DNA of 64,000 nucleotides from the human T2T-CHM13v2.0 reference genome, Homo sapiens (GCF_009914755.1 NC_060947.1); one strand, 5' to 3'. Numbered from the stretch's first letter, positions 1-15,752 are shown. Made by a program: numbers and translations. Notes: generated by a model from the letters alone, not told the origin.

Positions 1-474
1 CTGGGGGAGATACAACAAGACATGTTTTGTGGAGACTAAAGAGCGGAGAACTGGGGAATACTAAGCCTAAGGTCATTGTTTTCTGGCTAGGAAGAAACAA
101 CCATGAAAATATGGCAGAAGAGGTAGCAGGTGGTATGGCGGCCATCGTACAACTTATCAACACAAGGCAGCCACAGGCCAAAATCATTGTATTTGATCTG
201 TTACCTCAAGGTGAGAAACCCAACCCTTTGAGGCAAAAGAACGCCAAGGTGAACCCACTCGTCAAGATTTCGCTGCTGAAACTTAACCAACGTGCAGCTC
301 CTGGATACTGACAGGGGTTTCGTGCACTCCGACCGTGCCATCTCCTGCCACGACATGTTTGATTTTCTGCATTTGACAGGAGGTGGCTACTCAAAGGTCT
401 GCAAACCCTTGAATGAACTGATCATGCAGTTGTTGGAGGAAACACCTGAGGAGAAACAAACCACCATTGCCTGA
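1..474 (+). pseudogene. PAFAH1B2P: Processed pseudogene of PAF acetylhydrolase 1b catalytic subunit 2 (C-terminal two thirds of CDS; 5' part lies before the window)
   Basis: Intronless translation GGDTTRHVLWRLKSGELGNTKPKVIVFWLGRNNHEN...KPNPLRQKNAKVN, then VQLLDTDRGFVHSDRAISCHDMFDFLHLTGGGYSKVCKPLNELIMQLLEETPEEKQTTIA*, matches PAFAH1B2. A +1 frameshift near 285 (ctt-a-acc-aac-gtg) splits ORFs 27..311 and 292..474. Confidence 0.96.
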
Positions 475-933
475 CTGGCTCCCATGAGTGTCAATAGCAT
501 CTCAGCTTCCTCAGATCAGTTATATCACCAGCACTCCAGAATCCTTCTCTTTCTTAAGGCACTTTGCATTGAAGAATGTTCCTGGATGTTCATATCTAGT
601 GTTTGAAGGGGAGGAGGGGTTTAAACTGGTCCTGTACATAGAAAATTTGTTTGACAGAGGAGAAAAATTAGCCAAGGAAGATTGTTGTTTCAATTCATTT
701 GAAACCAGAAGGGGACTTTTTAGTTGTATATGTAACATGTTCATTGAATTATTACTGCTTTCCTAGGACAACATCAAGCCTAAATACTGAACAACATGAA
801 GATTCTTTTCTTGGCCTTTCTTGGATTACATTGTATATAATAATTCTTAGAATCATACCTACTTGGCTTTAAAACATTTTTTTTCCATTTTTTTAAGGTT
901 CATAATTTAGTCTTTGGTTTTTATGTTGCTTAG

Positions 934-1241
<308 letters not shown>

Positions 1242-1802
1242 TGAATATTTTCTTAACATGCAGCATCAGGTTGAACATGCTTGTCATTCAAATATGGAAG
1301 ATGCTATAGTTACAAGTGAATTTATTCTGCTTTCTTAATCTTTCCTGTCCTTAGCAGTGAGAAACAGGTTTTGCCCCAGTAGGGGGACTCTTTGGAGGGT
1401 ATTATTTTTATGCTGCTGAATATCATGTCTATAATGGACCCGTGCATGCAGCCTTTCCTCCCGTTTCCCCATCATCCCCTCTTTTTTTTTTCTTTTTTTT
1501 GGTCCTTGTTGACATTACAAGCTTTTAACACATTTTCGACCTAGGAGCCCTGTTGCTGGAAGTATAGTCTCTAGCCAGCTACTCTTATGATAGTACTGCT
1601 ATAAAATTCATTCTTGTGTGGTATTCTGTGCTATAGAGTCTGTGTATTGCTATTCATATTCGGAGTTCTGGTTTGTTTTGTTTTTCCCTTAAAACCTGTT
1701 ACAGTTTTTTTTTTTTTTTTTTTTTGCTGGGTGGTTGGGGGGTAGGGAATCAGAACTCTGTTTCCCATTCCATATCACCTGACATTATTTCAAGTTTTAT
1801 AA

Positions 1803-2288
<486 letters not shown>

Positions 2289-2642
2289 TAAGGTGTCTCA
2301 TTAATGTACTTCATCTGAGAATTTGTTTTAAGAGCGCACTTTATAATCTTGATGTTTGCTTGAGCTGTAAGAACTGCCATTTCTAAAAAATAATGGGATA
2401 ATAGATGGTTTATTCAGTATACCTAGTGAATATGTACAAACTGGATCTACAGATATTTTGAACTGGACCAGGTGGGTATTGAAGTAACCCATCAAAATAT
2501 GCTCTGCAGTGATTCTGCTTAATGTTCTAATTCAGTAATGAATGTTTTATGTTCTACTGGAAAGGCAAATGGCAGTGCATTTGTGTGTTGGAGGAGGGGT
2601 TAGTGATTTGTGCTAAGACCCACTTCTGACTGTGAGGGATAG

Positions 2643-2967
<325 letters not shown>

Positions 2968-3050
2968 TAACTTGGGCTCATTTTTTCTTGTGAAGTCTCT
3001 TTCTATAATTTTTTTTTGTTTTATTCTTTTTTTAAAAAAATACTTTTTTT

Positions 3051-3083
3051 GAGCAACAGAGTGAGACTTCATCTCAAAAAAAA
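3051..3083 (+). mobile_element. Extremely 5'-truncated Alu (last ~25 nt plus A tail)
   Basis: gagcaacagagtgagacttcatctc-aaaaaaaa flanked by the direct repeat aaaaatactttttt. Confidence 0.8.
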
Positions 3084-3226
3084 TACTTTTTTGAATGTAT
3101 CATGTCTTCATTAACAACAGAAAATCCACATGGTATTTACTAAACTTGTTTATGATATTAAAAATTTCCTTTTTATTTTTAGTAGCCCAGGTTATTGAGT
3201 TTTTCACTAGAGATTTTTTTTCTTAG

Positions 3227-3602
<376 letters not shown>

Positions 3603-4453
3603 TGACAGTTTTCTATCCAGGTCTTTTTCTGTTTGTCAGAAGGTGGGAGTACGATCCAAACAAATCCATTAGGTTACTCCTGCAGCATGCACTTTTAGCT
3701 TCTCTCTTGAACTAGAATCCCATATCCCTGGCCTTCAGCTCCTTTGCTCATGTGTATAAACCTCAGATGTTACTACATTTTATATCTATCAGAGCTATTA
3801 AGCAATAGTATTTGAACCACTAGCCATTTAAATAAAATTCTGCCCCGTTACTCAGGTGCAGATATTGAGTTCACTTTCATTTTTTGCCAGACTTCTTTGC
3901 ACTACTTTAAGCAAAAATAGTCAATCTATTTTTCTTTGATTGACATCCCAGTTTGCTTCAGTGACAGAACTTACTGCTTAGTCTTTGTACTTTAAAAGAA
4001 ATCTATAAATTTAATGAACTGTCCAAGTGAAATGTCGTAGTTGTCATTGTGATTAAGGGGCCAACTTTCCAGGCAGCTAGCAGAGATACTATTCTCTTCC
4101 TCTCCCAGCACATTTTTATTCCTTCATCCACACATTCCTGCTACACTAGATGGCAGCCAATGATGGAACTATAAAGATGTCTGTGGTGGTATCTCAAATG
4201 TGGCAGCTTGAAGATAGACTGCCCAGGGTGACGTAGGGCAGGTTGTCTTCCAGTGCGTGTGTTCTAGATTGCCATAGACCATGCTGTGGCTACCACCCTG
4301 GGTCTACTTGGACTGTCAAGGGCATCTGCCTAAACCAGAATTTTTTGTCTGAAACCTTAGCCCAACAAAATAAATCTTGAGTAGCTCATGCCTGGCTCTT
4401 AGGAATTTTGTTTCTTTGTTTCTTTAAAAAAAAAAAAAAAAAAAAAAAAAGGC

Positions 4454-4796
<343 letters not shown>

Positions 4797-5197
4797 CTAG
4801 TCACTGTTTACAGTTGTATGCTAAAGCCCAAAATATTGTCTGTGCTGTGGTGTATGAGCATTGCCAATTTTATATTTATTGCAGTGAAGAAGAAACTAAA
4901 AATATATGAAAATGAGGAGCTCATTTTCCAATGTCATTGGAAAATGTCCAAGCTCCTAAATCTGTGTGGGTGCATATGGCAGAAGTGAGTTGGGGGCCTC
5001 TTGAAAGGAGGCTTTTTGGAGAGGGGTCTCCCAGGCTTCTCCTTGGTGTTCCTGCTTGGGGATCACTGCTGCTAGCTGACTGGGCCTCCCCAGTGGAAGT
5101 TTGTGATTTTGCTTTGACAAAGTTTCATTGACTAGTAAAACTCATTCTGTTTTAGTGTATATTTCAATAGAAATGTAAACATTTTGCTCAAAAAAAT

Positions 5198-5633
5198 ATT
5201 TTGTGTCACTCCCCTCATAGAGAAGTGAAGTTTATTTCTCCTCCCCCTTGAATTTGGACTGGCCCTGTAACTGCTTTGACCGGTAGAGGGTGGTGAAGTG
5301 ACACTTTGCCTAAGCTTTGAGAAGGCCTGGAAGATTCTGCTTTGTGGTTTTGGATGCTCAGTGGGAGAGAGGTCACATAGAGAGAATGTGTGGAGAGGAG
5401 AGGCCATGAGATCATAACAAGGAAGAGACAGGTCCAAGCATATCAGTTGACTGCCAACTGCGTGAGACCCCAAGTGAGGCCAGCGTAAGAACTGCCCAGC
5501 TGAGCCCACTCAACCCACAGATTTATGAAAGATAATAATATGGTTATTGCTGTATTATTTATTTTTGGTTGCTATCATTTTAAGCCACTAAGTTTTAGGG
5601 TGGTTTACTAGGCAGCAATAGATAACCAAAACA
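5198..5633 (+). mobile_element. MLT1-family (ERVL-MaLR) LTR
   Basis: cccttgaatttggactggccctgtaactgctttgacc...gaactgcccagctgagccc...ttttaagccactaagttttagggtggttt...gcaatagataaccaaaaca. Confidence 0.85.
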
Positions 5634-5639
5634 CTCCCT

Positions 5640-6075
5640 ATATCCTTTAGTACCCAAACCCTGATTTTTACCTGGGCATGTGCAGCTGAAAGACCACATT
5701 TTTGTGGCCTCCCTTTTGGGAAAGAGTGGCCAATTTAACTAATTCTGGAGAAGGACACGTTTTTTGTGGTGTTTCCAGGAAGTCATCTTAAAAGAGAGGA
5801 GTCAGGCCTTTGTCTGCATTCCTCAAATTTGCTGCCTGGAATAGATGTGATGGCTGGAGCCAGGAACCATGAAGACAAGAACCACATCCTAGGGATGGCA
5901 GAGTGGCTGGCTGGAAGGTACCTGGATCTCTGACAATCTTAGAGAGCTATCATACTCCAGCCCTGAACCTACTATTTCCACACATATTTTATAAGAAAGG
6001 GAAATATATCTCTTTTCTGATTGAAGCCATTGTTTTTTTGTTTTATTTTCTGTTCCTTGCAGCTGAACCTAATCC
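5640..6075 (+). mobile_element. Old MLT1 (J/K-like) LTR
   Basis: gcctggaatagatgtgatggctggagc...ggaaggtacctggatctctgac...ttgcagctgaacctaatcct. Confidence 0.7.
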
Positions 6076-6149
6076 TCAGAGACATAGGACAAGACCAAAT
6101 TCCATTATGAAGCATGTTGCCTTGCCTTTGCAAAAGGGGCTTATGTACA

Positions 6150-6720
6150 ATAATTCATTTGTCTACTTTATGGGAACCCTGCATCTGGATAAAATGGTGA
6201 ACAAAATCAGACATAGCCCCTAAGACATGATTAGCTTATAGTTAGTCAAATCATCACAGAACAAATGGAAAACTGTAACTGTCACAAGCCTTTGACAGAC
6301 AAGCTCATGGTGTCAGCATAACCCATAATATGGCCTTTGCTGAATCAAGGAAGACAGGGTCAGGAAGTGATATTTGAGCTGATGTCTGAAAAGTAGGCTG
6401 GAGTTAACTCCATGATGAGGATAGGGAAGAGCGTTGCAGGTGGAGGTGACAGCACAGCGGTTCTGCAGTAGGAGAGAGCATGGCAAATACAATGGACAGA
6501 AAGATGATGTAGCTAGAGTTGGGAGAATGAGGTGAGTTTGGTATGCATGAGGCCAGAGAAGGTTGCAGATGGGAGAATGAGTAGGTTGTTTTCGTGAGTC
6601 TGGTCAATGTTTTAAAAGCATTGAAAAACCACTGAGGGTTCTAAGCTGTCGAATGGCAGTGGTCTAAAGGGGAGAAGATAGTAGTGCAGGAGATGGAGAG
6701 AAGTCAAAAGATTCAAGAGC
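6150..6720 (-). mobile_element. L2 fragment
   Basis: aacaaaatcagacatagcccct...ggaagtgatatttgagctga...aaccactgagggttctaagc. Confidence 0.65.
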
Positions 6721-6829
6721 TATTTCTCACTCATACTTTTGTGCTTGGGTTCCTGGTTTTGGTTTTTATTTGTTATTGAGAGGTTGAACTGAACTAACTT
6801 AATTTTTGGTGAAACCAGGCATATTTGTT

Positions 6830-7220
6830 AGATTGGACTGTATGCAAGTCAGTGACAACAGTGGTTTAAACAAGTTGGAAGCCTATTTCACTTTCATATA
6901 GATGTCGGAACTGATATGGTGGCTCTATTCCAAGAAGTCATAGAGATCCCAGGATCCTTCTGTCTTTTTGCTTTTTTGTCCCTAGGTTGTTGACTTCATC
7001 TGCATGACCCGACTTAGTGCATGTCAACGTTCCATCCCTGGAACAGGGGAGAGGAAAGGAGAGGTCACCTCCCTTCTCTTTTTGGGTATGGTTTAGCAGT
7101 TGCACACATTGCTCTTTATCATATCTCAATGAGCAGAACTTAGATACACTGTCACATCTAGATGCAAAAAAGTTTTAGAACTGTAGTATTTATTCTGTAC
7201 AGCCTTGTGCCTGGCTAGAA
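6830..7220 (-). mobile_element. Old MLT1 LTR fragment
   Basis: aacagtggtttaaacaag...gagatcccaggatccttctgtct...gtcacatctagatgcaa. Confidence 0.6.
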
Positions 7221-7261
7221 CTTTAGAGAGCGACTACTATAGATAATCAGATGGAAATATG

Positions 7262-7328
7262 CACCTGTGGGCAAAATCCAACCATGCCCACTTATTTGCA
7301 TGGTCTATGGCTGCTTTTGCACTACAAG
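7262..7328. mobile_element. MER58-like hAT fragment
   Basis: ccatgcccacttatttgcatggtctatggctgcttttgcactacaa; truncated where the tandem array begins. Confidence 0.55.
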
Positions 7329-10300
7329 TGCCCTTGGTTCTCCAGCATGTGGACAGTGTAGGGGCCAAAAGGATCCCTGGTACCCTAGTGGGTGGGCTGG
7401 TTGGTAGCTGGACAGTTCCCCTAGGTCACCAACACAAGGGACTGACTGTGGGACTGATGGTGGCTGAAAGGATCCTGGAGAAACAGTATGAGGGAGAATG
7501 ATTGTCGATAGAGCTGTAGATTCTACAGCAAGTGGGCAGGCTACTGCCTGAGTAACCTCACTCCTCCATGACCCCAGTTTGTTGTCAGGCTGGTGACTGA
7601 AAGGGATCTCTGAGCACAACTCCTTGGCAGGTTGGGGGCTGGTAGGACCATTGGAACCTTGGCATGCAAGCCGGCTACTGTCTGGAAGGTCCCCTCCCTG
7701 CCACCAGAGCACCAGTGCAAGAGACTGACAGTGGCTCTTCATTCCACAGAATGAAGGCAGGCTGATGGATGGAAGGACCTTCAGTTCTTCAGCACATGTG
7801 TAGGTAGGGGGCCTGAAGGACAAAGGGAACTGTGGCCTGTGGGTGGGCTAGGGACTGGAAGGACCCCATGGCACTAGGGCAAAGCCAGTTGGTGGCTGGA
7901 AAGGGCTCCCAGGCACCAGAACACTGGAAGGATGGTGGCTGAAAGGGCTCTAGACTCAACTGCTTGTGGGCAAGTTGATGACTAATGGCATCCTGTTCCC
8001 TGGCCTACAGGCAGGCTGGGGGATAAAATGATTCCTAGAACCTTAGTGAGTGGGCAAGTTGGTGACAAGGGCCACTGGGACATGGTCCCAAGGAAAGGAT
8101 GGTGAAGAAGAGCCTAAAGGGGCTCTTGCTTCCACAACACTCAGGCCACAAGAAGCCAGAAGGGCCTTCAGTTTCCCAGGTGAACGCAGGCTGGAGCCTA
8201 GAAGGACTGACTGCTACATGGCACCTGGGCAGGCTGGTGGCTGAAAGGGCTCCAAGGACACTAGTTCATGTGCAGGCTGGTGACCCTAAGGGTCTCCAAT
8301 ACAGTTCTCTAGCTCACAAGCAACTGGGTAACCTGAAGGGCTTTCTTTACACTGGTACTCTAGAAGGACACTGGCCGAATGGGCCCTGGCTTACTACTGC
8401 ACATGAGCATGCTGAGAGATTGAAGGACTGGCAGAACCCTGTTGTGTGGACAGGCAGGTGGCTGGAAGGAGCCAGGGGGCATCATCATGCAAGATGGTGG
8501 CTGAAAAAGTCCTCACTTTCCCAGCAGGCAAGCAGCCTGTGGCCAGAAGGCAACTCTGTTTTCCAGCATGCAAGAGCTGTAAGAAGACAAAAAGGGTCTC
8601 ATCAATACAGTATGTGGGCAAGAGAACTTCTGGATGGTCCTCAGTTCCCTAACATGCATGGAAGCTGGAGGGCCAAAATAACCTGCAGAACTCTCGTTGA
8701 GAGTCAGGTTAGGGACCGGAAGTCCCTCCAGGATACCAGGGTGTGGGAAACAGTTGCCAAAAGGCATCTGTCTTACATAGTGCCTGGAGACCTGGGGGCG
8801 GGTCTTAGAGTTCCTCAGTCCACCACAGGTTGGGGCCCTGAAGGATCCACTGGTGTGTGGATTTCAGGATGGCTGGTGCTCAGAAGGGCCTCCAATCCTG
8901 TTATCCAGCTGCTGATTAGCTGGTAGTCGGAAGGGTCCTTGATACACCCGCATGAAGAATGGAAAGAAGGATGGTGGCTGAGAGGGCTCTCACTTCCCCA
9001 GTATACCTACAGCCCGAGACCAGAAAAGTCCTCAGATCCGTGGTGAGTGAGGCCCATATGGTGGCCCAAAGAGCTCTCATTTCCACAGTAAGTGGCTCAC
9101 TGATGGTCATTTTACCCTCTGTTTCTCAGCAAGTAAAGCAAGGTGGGGAGGGGGTTAGTGTGGTGTTGAAATGACCCACGGAACCTTAGCAAGTGGCCAG
9201 ATTTCTGACAGGAAGACCCCTTGGGGGCACCAGCGCGTAGGGCAGGATGGTAGCTGAAAGAGCTCCTGCTTCCTCAAAACGCGGTTGGTGTGAAGATAAC
9301 AAAAGGCCCTTGGCTCTATAACATGTGAGGCCGGGATGGTGGCGGAAGTGGCTATCAGTTACATAGTTATCGGCTGTAGAATTGCTGGAATGGCCTCCAT
9401 TCCCCACCATGCCGGAAGGTGGGGGCCGAAATGAGCCACGGAACCCTAGTGAACAGCCAGGTTGCTGACCGGCAGGGCCTCTGGAACACCAGTGTGAGAA
9501 AGATGGTTGCCAAATGGGCTTTTGTTTTCACAGCACTTGGGAGGCCTGAGACTGTAAGGGCTTTTAGTTCCCTGTCCGCTGCAGCCTGGGGACCTTAAGG
9601 ATCCATGGATGTGTGGATTTTGGGCTGCCTGGTGGCTGGAATGGCCTCCAATTCAGTTTTCCAGTTGGAAAGCAGTGAGTAGCCGGAAGGGCTCTCAGTG
9701 CACCAGTATGGAGAGAAGGACGGTGGCTGAGCAGGATCTCACTTCTGCAGTACGTGGGCAAGTTGTAGCAGGAAGGAACCTCGGTTCCCCACCCCTGGGG
9801 AGCCCATTTGGTGGCCAAAAGGCACTTTCATTTCCAAAGCACATTGGCCGGCTGAAGACTGGTTGGCGCTTGGTTCCCCAGTCCCAGGCAGGTCGGGGGC
9901 TAAAATGACCCAGGGAACTCTAGTGGGTGGGCATTTTTCTGACCGGAACCCCCTTCCCCGCCCCACCAGTGTGAACCGGAGAGGGAGAAGTATGGTGGCC
10001 CAAAGGAGTCTCCTGCCCACGGTAAACCTGAGATCTGAAGCCCCCCGAGCCCTCAGCTCCCCACTACGCGAGGCCCATATGGTAGTCAACAAGGCTCTCA
10101 TTTCCACAAGGCGTGTTCCAGTGATGGTTGGCACTCTCTTTCTCAGCATGCATGTAGGCCAGGGGTCCAAATCACCAAGGGAACATTAAACGGCGGCCAG
10201 GTTTCTGATGGGGAAGTCCCTTGGGACACCAGCACTTAGAAGAAGGGTGGCTGAGAAACCTCTCACTTCCACAGCACACAGGCAGGAAGGACCACAAGGG

Positions 10301-10387
10301 CCCTTGCCTCTCCACCGTGCAAAGGCTGTAAGGTGGTCCAGAGTGCTCTTATTTCCACAGCAAGTTGAAGACCGATGGCTGGTTGAC

Positions 10388-10707
10388 TTTTTTTTTTTTT
10401 TTTTTTTTTTTTTGTGACGGAATCTTGCTCTGTTACCCAGGCTGGAATGCAATGGCACTCTCAGCTCACTGCAACCTCCGGCTTCCGGGTTCAAGGATTC
10501 TCCTGGCTCAGCCTCCTGAGTAGCTGGGATTACAGGCGTGAGCCACCGTGGGGGTACATGCCACCACCTCCAGCTAATTTTTGTATTTTTAGTAGAGACG
10601 GGGTTTCACCATGTTGGTCAGGCTGGTCTCGAACTTCTGACCTCGTGATCCACCCACCTCGGCCTCCCAAAGTGCTGGGATTACAGGCGTGAGCCACCGT
10701 GCCCGGC
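10388..10707 (-). mobile_element. AluS inserted in the tandem array
   Basis: Alu in reverse; TSD tggctggttgact on both sides. Confidence 0.95.
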
Positions 10708-11000
10708 TGGCTGGTTGACTCTTTGTTCCTCAGTACCCATGGAAGCTGGGGGCCAAAATGACCAGGCAGAACCCTAGTGGGTGGGTTCATGGGACCTTCC
10801 ATGAACCAGTGCAGGTGAAGCATAGTGGCCCAGTGGGTTCTCATGTCCACAGTGCACCTGTGGCCTGGGTCCAGAAGAGCCCTTGGCTTCCCACAACATG
10901 AGGCCTGTAAGGTGGCCAAAAGGGTTCTCATTCCCACGGCATTTGGGCAGGCCGATGTCTGGTTGGTCCTCTGTTCTTTGACATGTAGCAGTCTGGGGTC

Positions 11001-11387
11001 CTGTATTACTTCGTTTGGATTACTGTAAAGAAATACCAGAGACTGGATAATTTAGAAAGAAAAGTGATTTAATTGACTGACGGTTCTGCAGGCGGTACAG
11101 GAAGTGTGGTGCTGGCATCTGCTTCTGTAGGCCTCAGGAAGCCTACAATCATGGTGGAAAGTGAATGGGGAGCAGGCAAGAGCCAGAGCAAGAGAGTGGG
11201 GAGGTGCCACATACTTTTAAACAACCAGATCTCCCATGAACTCACTCATCACCAAGGGGATGGCGCTAAGCCATTCATGAGGAGTCAGCCCTCATGATCC
11301 AAACACCTCCCACCAGGCCCCACCTCCAAAACTGGCCATTACATTTCAACATGAGATTTGGAGGGGACAAACATCCAAACCATATCA
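11001..11387 (-). mobile_element. MST-family (MaLR) solo LTR inserted in the array
   Basis: tgtattacttcgtttggattactgtaaagaaataccagagactgg...ggggacaaacatccaaaccatatca (TG...CA termini). Confidence 0.9.
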
Positions 11388-11699
11388 GGGCTGAAATAAC
11401 CTGGGGACCTCTAGTGGGCAGATAGGCTGGTGACCACGTTCTTCAGGGTGCTGGTAATTTGTCTTATTAATTCATAGGCTTTCAGAAGAAGAGAAGCCAA
11501 ATGTGGACTTCAGCAGATGGGGAGAACAGCACATCCCCCAGAGATCATGGTCTTTTATCTGGATGCAGTGACCAGGTAACGCTTTGTTTTTTCTTTCTTT
11601 GGGGAGGTGGTTTGTGTCTAGGTTGAAGCGTGTAATGCATATTTGATGACCAGAAGAGAGGAATATGGCAAGATTGCAAATGTTTATCAATGTCCTTGT

Positions 11700-12404
<705 letters not shown>

Positions 12405-12451
12405 AACTTGGTGTCTTGAACCAGCTGAGTTCTCTGAAACCCATTTTAAGT

Positions 12452-12752
<301 letters not shown>

Positions 12753-13021
12753 CATTTTAAGTCTTTAAGGTCCTGGTGGTTGGACGTGAAGTTTGGATGG
12801 TCAATATCACACTGCTGATCCTTGGCCACTGGCTTTTGTTGGTGACTTCAGTTTTGGTGAGTCTCTCCTTTGAGCTGTACCTTTTGTGCACTCAACCCAA
12901 GATAAGATCTTGGACCTAGGCCGGCAATGGTCTCAGCAGAGAGCATGTCCAATAGGTATTTTAAAAGCCTCGAGGGTTTGTCAAAAGGAGTTTCCTTATT
13001 CTTGTTAAAGTCTCTCCCCCT

Positions 13022-13430
<409 letters not shown>

Positions 13431-13671
13431 TCAACATGAAATAGCAACATAAAGTATCAATATGAAATATCAATGCAGTATATTAATATGAAGTTGATGT
13501 ATTGTGGAGACATGAAACACATGACTACACAAATATTTAATTGGCAATACTTGGGATATGTATTATGAAGGAAAAGTACTTTGTGCTATGAAAATAAACA
13601 GCAGGGGGATCTGACTTGAGGAAGTGAAAGGTCTGAGGGATGAGTAGGCGTTATCTACAATGTTATTAAAA

Positions 13672-13821
13672 TCAGTGGTTCTTAAATTTGAGTGTGCAAC
13701 AGAATTATCTGGAGCACTTGTAAAACACAGATGGCTGGGCCCCACCCAAGAGTTTCTAATTCAGTAGGTCTGGGGTGATATTGATGCTGTTGTTCAGGGA
13801 CCATACTTTGAGAACCAACTG
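13672..13821. mobile_element. MER5A-like hAT-Charlie MITE
   Basis: cagtggttcttaaa...ctttgagaaccaactg terminal inverted repeats. Confidence 0.8.
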
Positions 13822-14079
13822 ATCTTTACTATATCTCCCAACAAACACACTTGAGCACAATGCTGAAGGTGGGTTATAGGCCAGCTGAAAAATTGCTCTA
13901 CCTCACCTCTCAGGGGCAGCCAAGGGGCTGGGGCAGAACTCAAAAGTGGTAATCTCTAGCTGTGGGTGGTCTCATGCATTCTCCCAGCATGTGATACCAA
14001 TATCATACTTATCTACTATAATAGCAAAAGTTTGAGAAGAGCTGAGCTGGTCAAATGGCGAGAGGCAGGTGATAACTGT

Positions 14080-14970
14080 TAGATAAAGAGAGGAGTTTGT
14101 ATGAGGGCCTTGCAGCAGGAAAGAGTGCTGCATCTTCACAGAACTGAGAGAAAACCAGTGAAGCTGTAGAGGAGGAAGTCCAGGGAAGACGATGGAAGAA
14201 TAATTTAGAGGGTCAGCTCATCTAGGGCTTGGAGGACCTCATTAAGGACTCACATAAAGGAGAAGCCATTGAAGGTTTTTTTTTTTTTTTGAGACGGAGT
14301 CTGGCTCTGTCGTCCAGGCTGGAGTGCGGTGGTGCAATCTCGGCTCACTGCAAGCTTCACCTACTGGCTCAAGTGATTCTCCTGCCTCAGCTTCCCGAGT
14401 AGCTGGGACTACAGGCACGTGCCACCACGCCTGGCTAATTTTTGTATTTTTAGTAGAGACGGGGTTTTACCATATTGGCCAGGCTGGTCTCAAACTCCTG
14501 ACCTCGTGATCCACCTGCCTTGGCCTCCCAAAGTGCTGGGATTACAGGCGTGAGCCACCATGCATGGCCACCATTGAAGAATTTTAAGCAAGGGAATGGA
14601 TTGGAAAGGTGCGGGTGTGCATGTGGGGATAGCAATTAGGAAGCTACTGCCTAGTCTAGCATGGAAATGATGGTGAGATGGTCTAAGGTGGATAAAGTGA
14701 AGATGGAAGCATTGGAAAGATGTTTCGGAGGTCAATCAATAGAACTTGGTGATTACTGGATATAGAGGTTGAAGGATAAGGAGGTATCTGATATAATTCT
14801 CAAATGTCTAGCTTGAAATGTTTTGTTTTCTGAGATAAGCCACACTGATGGTCACATTTGGGAGAAAGAGCAGTTTTGGAGATGCTGAATATGGAATGCT
14901 TTTGTTTTTAATCATCTAATTGGAGTTGTTGGTTAGGCAGCAGAATATATGGCCTTGGACCTCAGAGGAC
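14080..14970 (-). mobile_element. L2 fragment interrupted by an Alu
   Basis: aagccattgaag...ttttaagcaaggga...agaacttggtgattactggatatagag. Confidence 0.7.
14276..14568 (-). mobile_element. AluS
   Basis: Alu in reverse; TSD ccattgaag. Confidence 0.95.
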
Positions 14971-15127
14971 ATTTAGGATTATGGGTAACCTCAGAGGACC
15001 TGTGGTTTGTGGTGGTTTGGACCTTAGAGGACATGTGGGTGTGTGGGGCTGGACTTTAGAAAATGTCCAAATGGACGTTGTTAGTGTGCAAAGAGATGGT
15101 CCCTGAATCCACGCTACGTATGTGGAA

Positions 15128-15752
<625 letters not shown>

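Larger units (their letters stand above)
7330..11440. repeat. Degenerate GC-rich tandem array, ~42-bp monomers with higher-order blocks; unassigned family
   Basis: Recurrent g(c/a)agg(c/a)tggtggctgaaagggctct. The landmark ggggccaaaatgacc..gaaccctagtgggtgggc recurs at about 7360, 8017, 8667, 9160, 9420, 9895, 10162, 10748 and 10995/11387. Confidence 0.85.

Noticed and set aside
488-766. 92-aa ORF after the pseudogene stop
   Set aside because: Non-ATG start in copied 3'UTR with no recognisable homology.
7330-11440. CRISPR-like or immunoglobulin-switch interpretation of the array
   Set aside because: There are no identical repeats with unique spacers and the context is primate DNA. There are no dense GAGCT/GGGGT pentamers or Ig exons.
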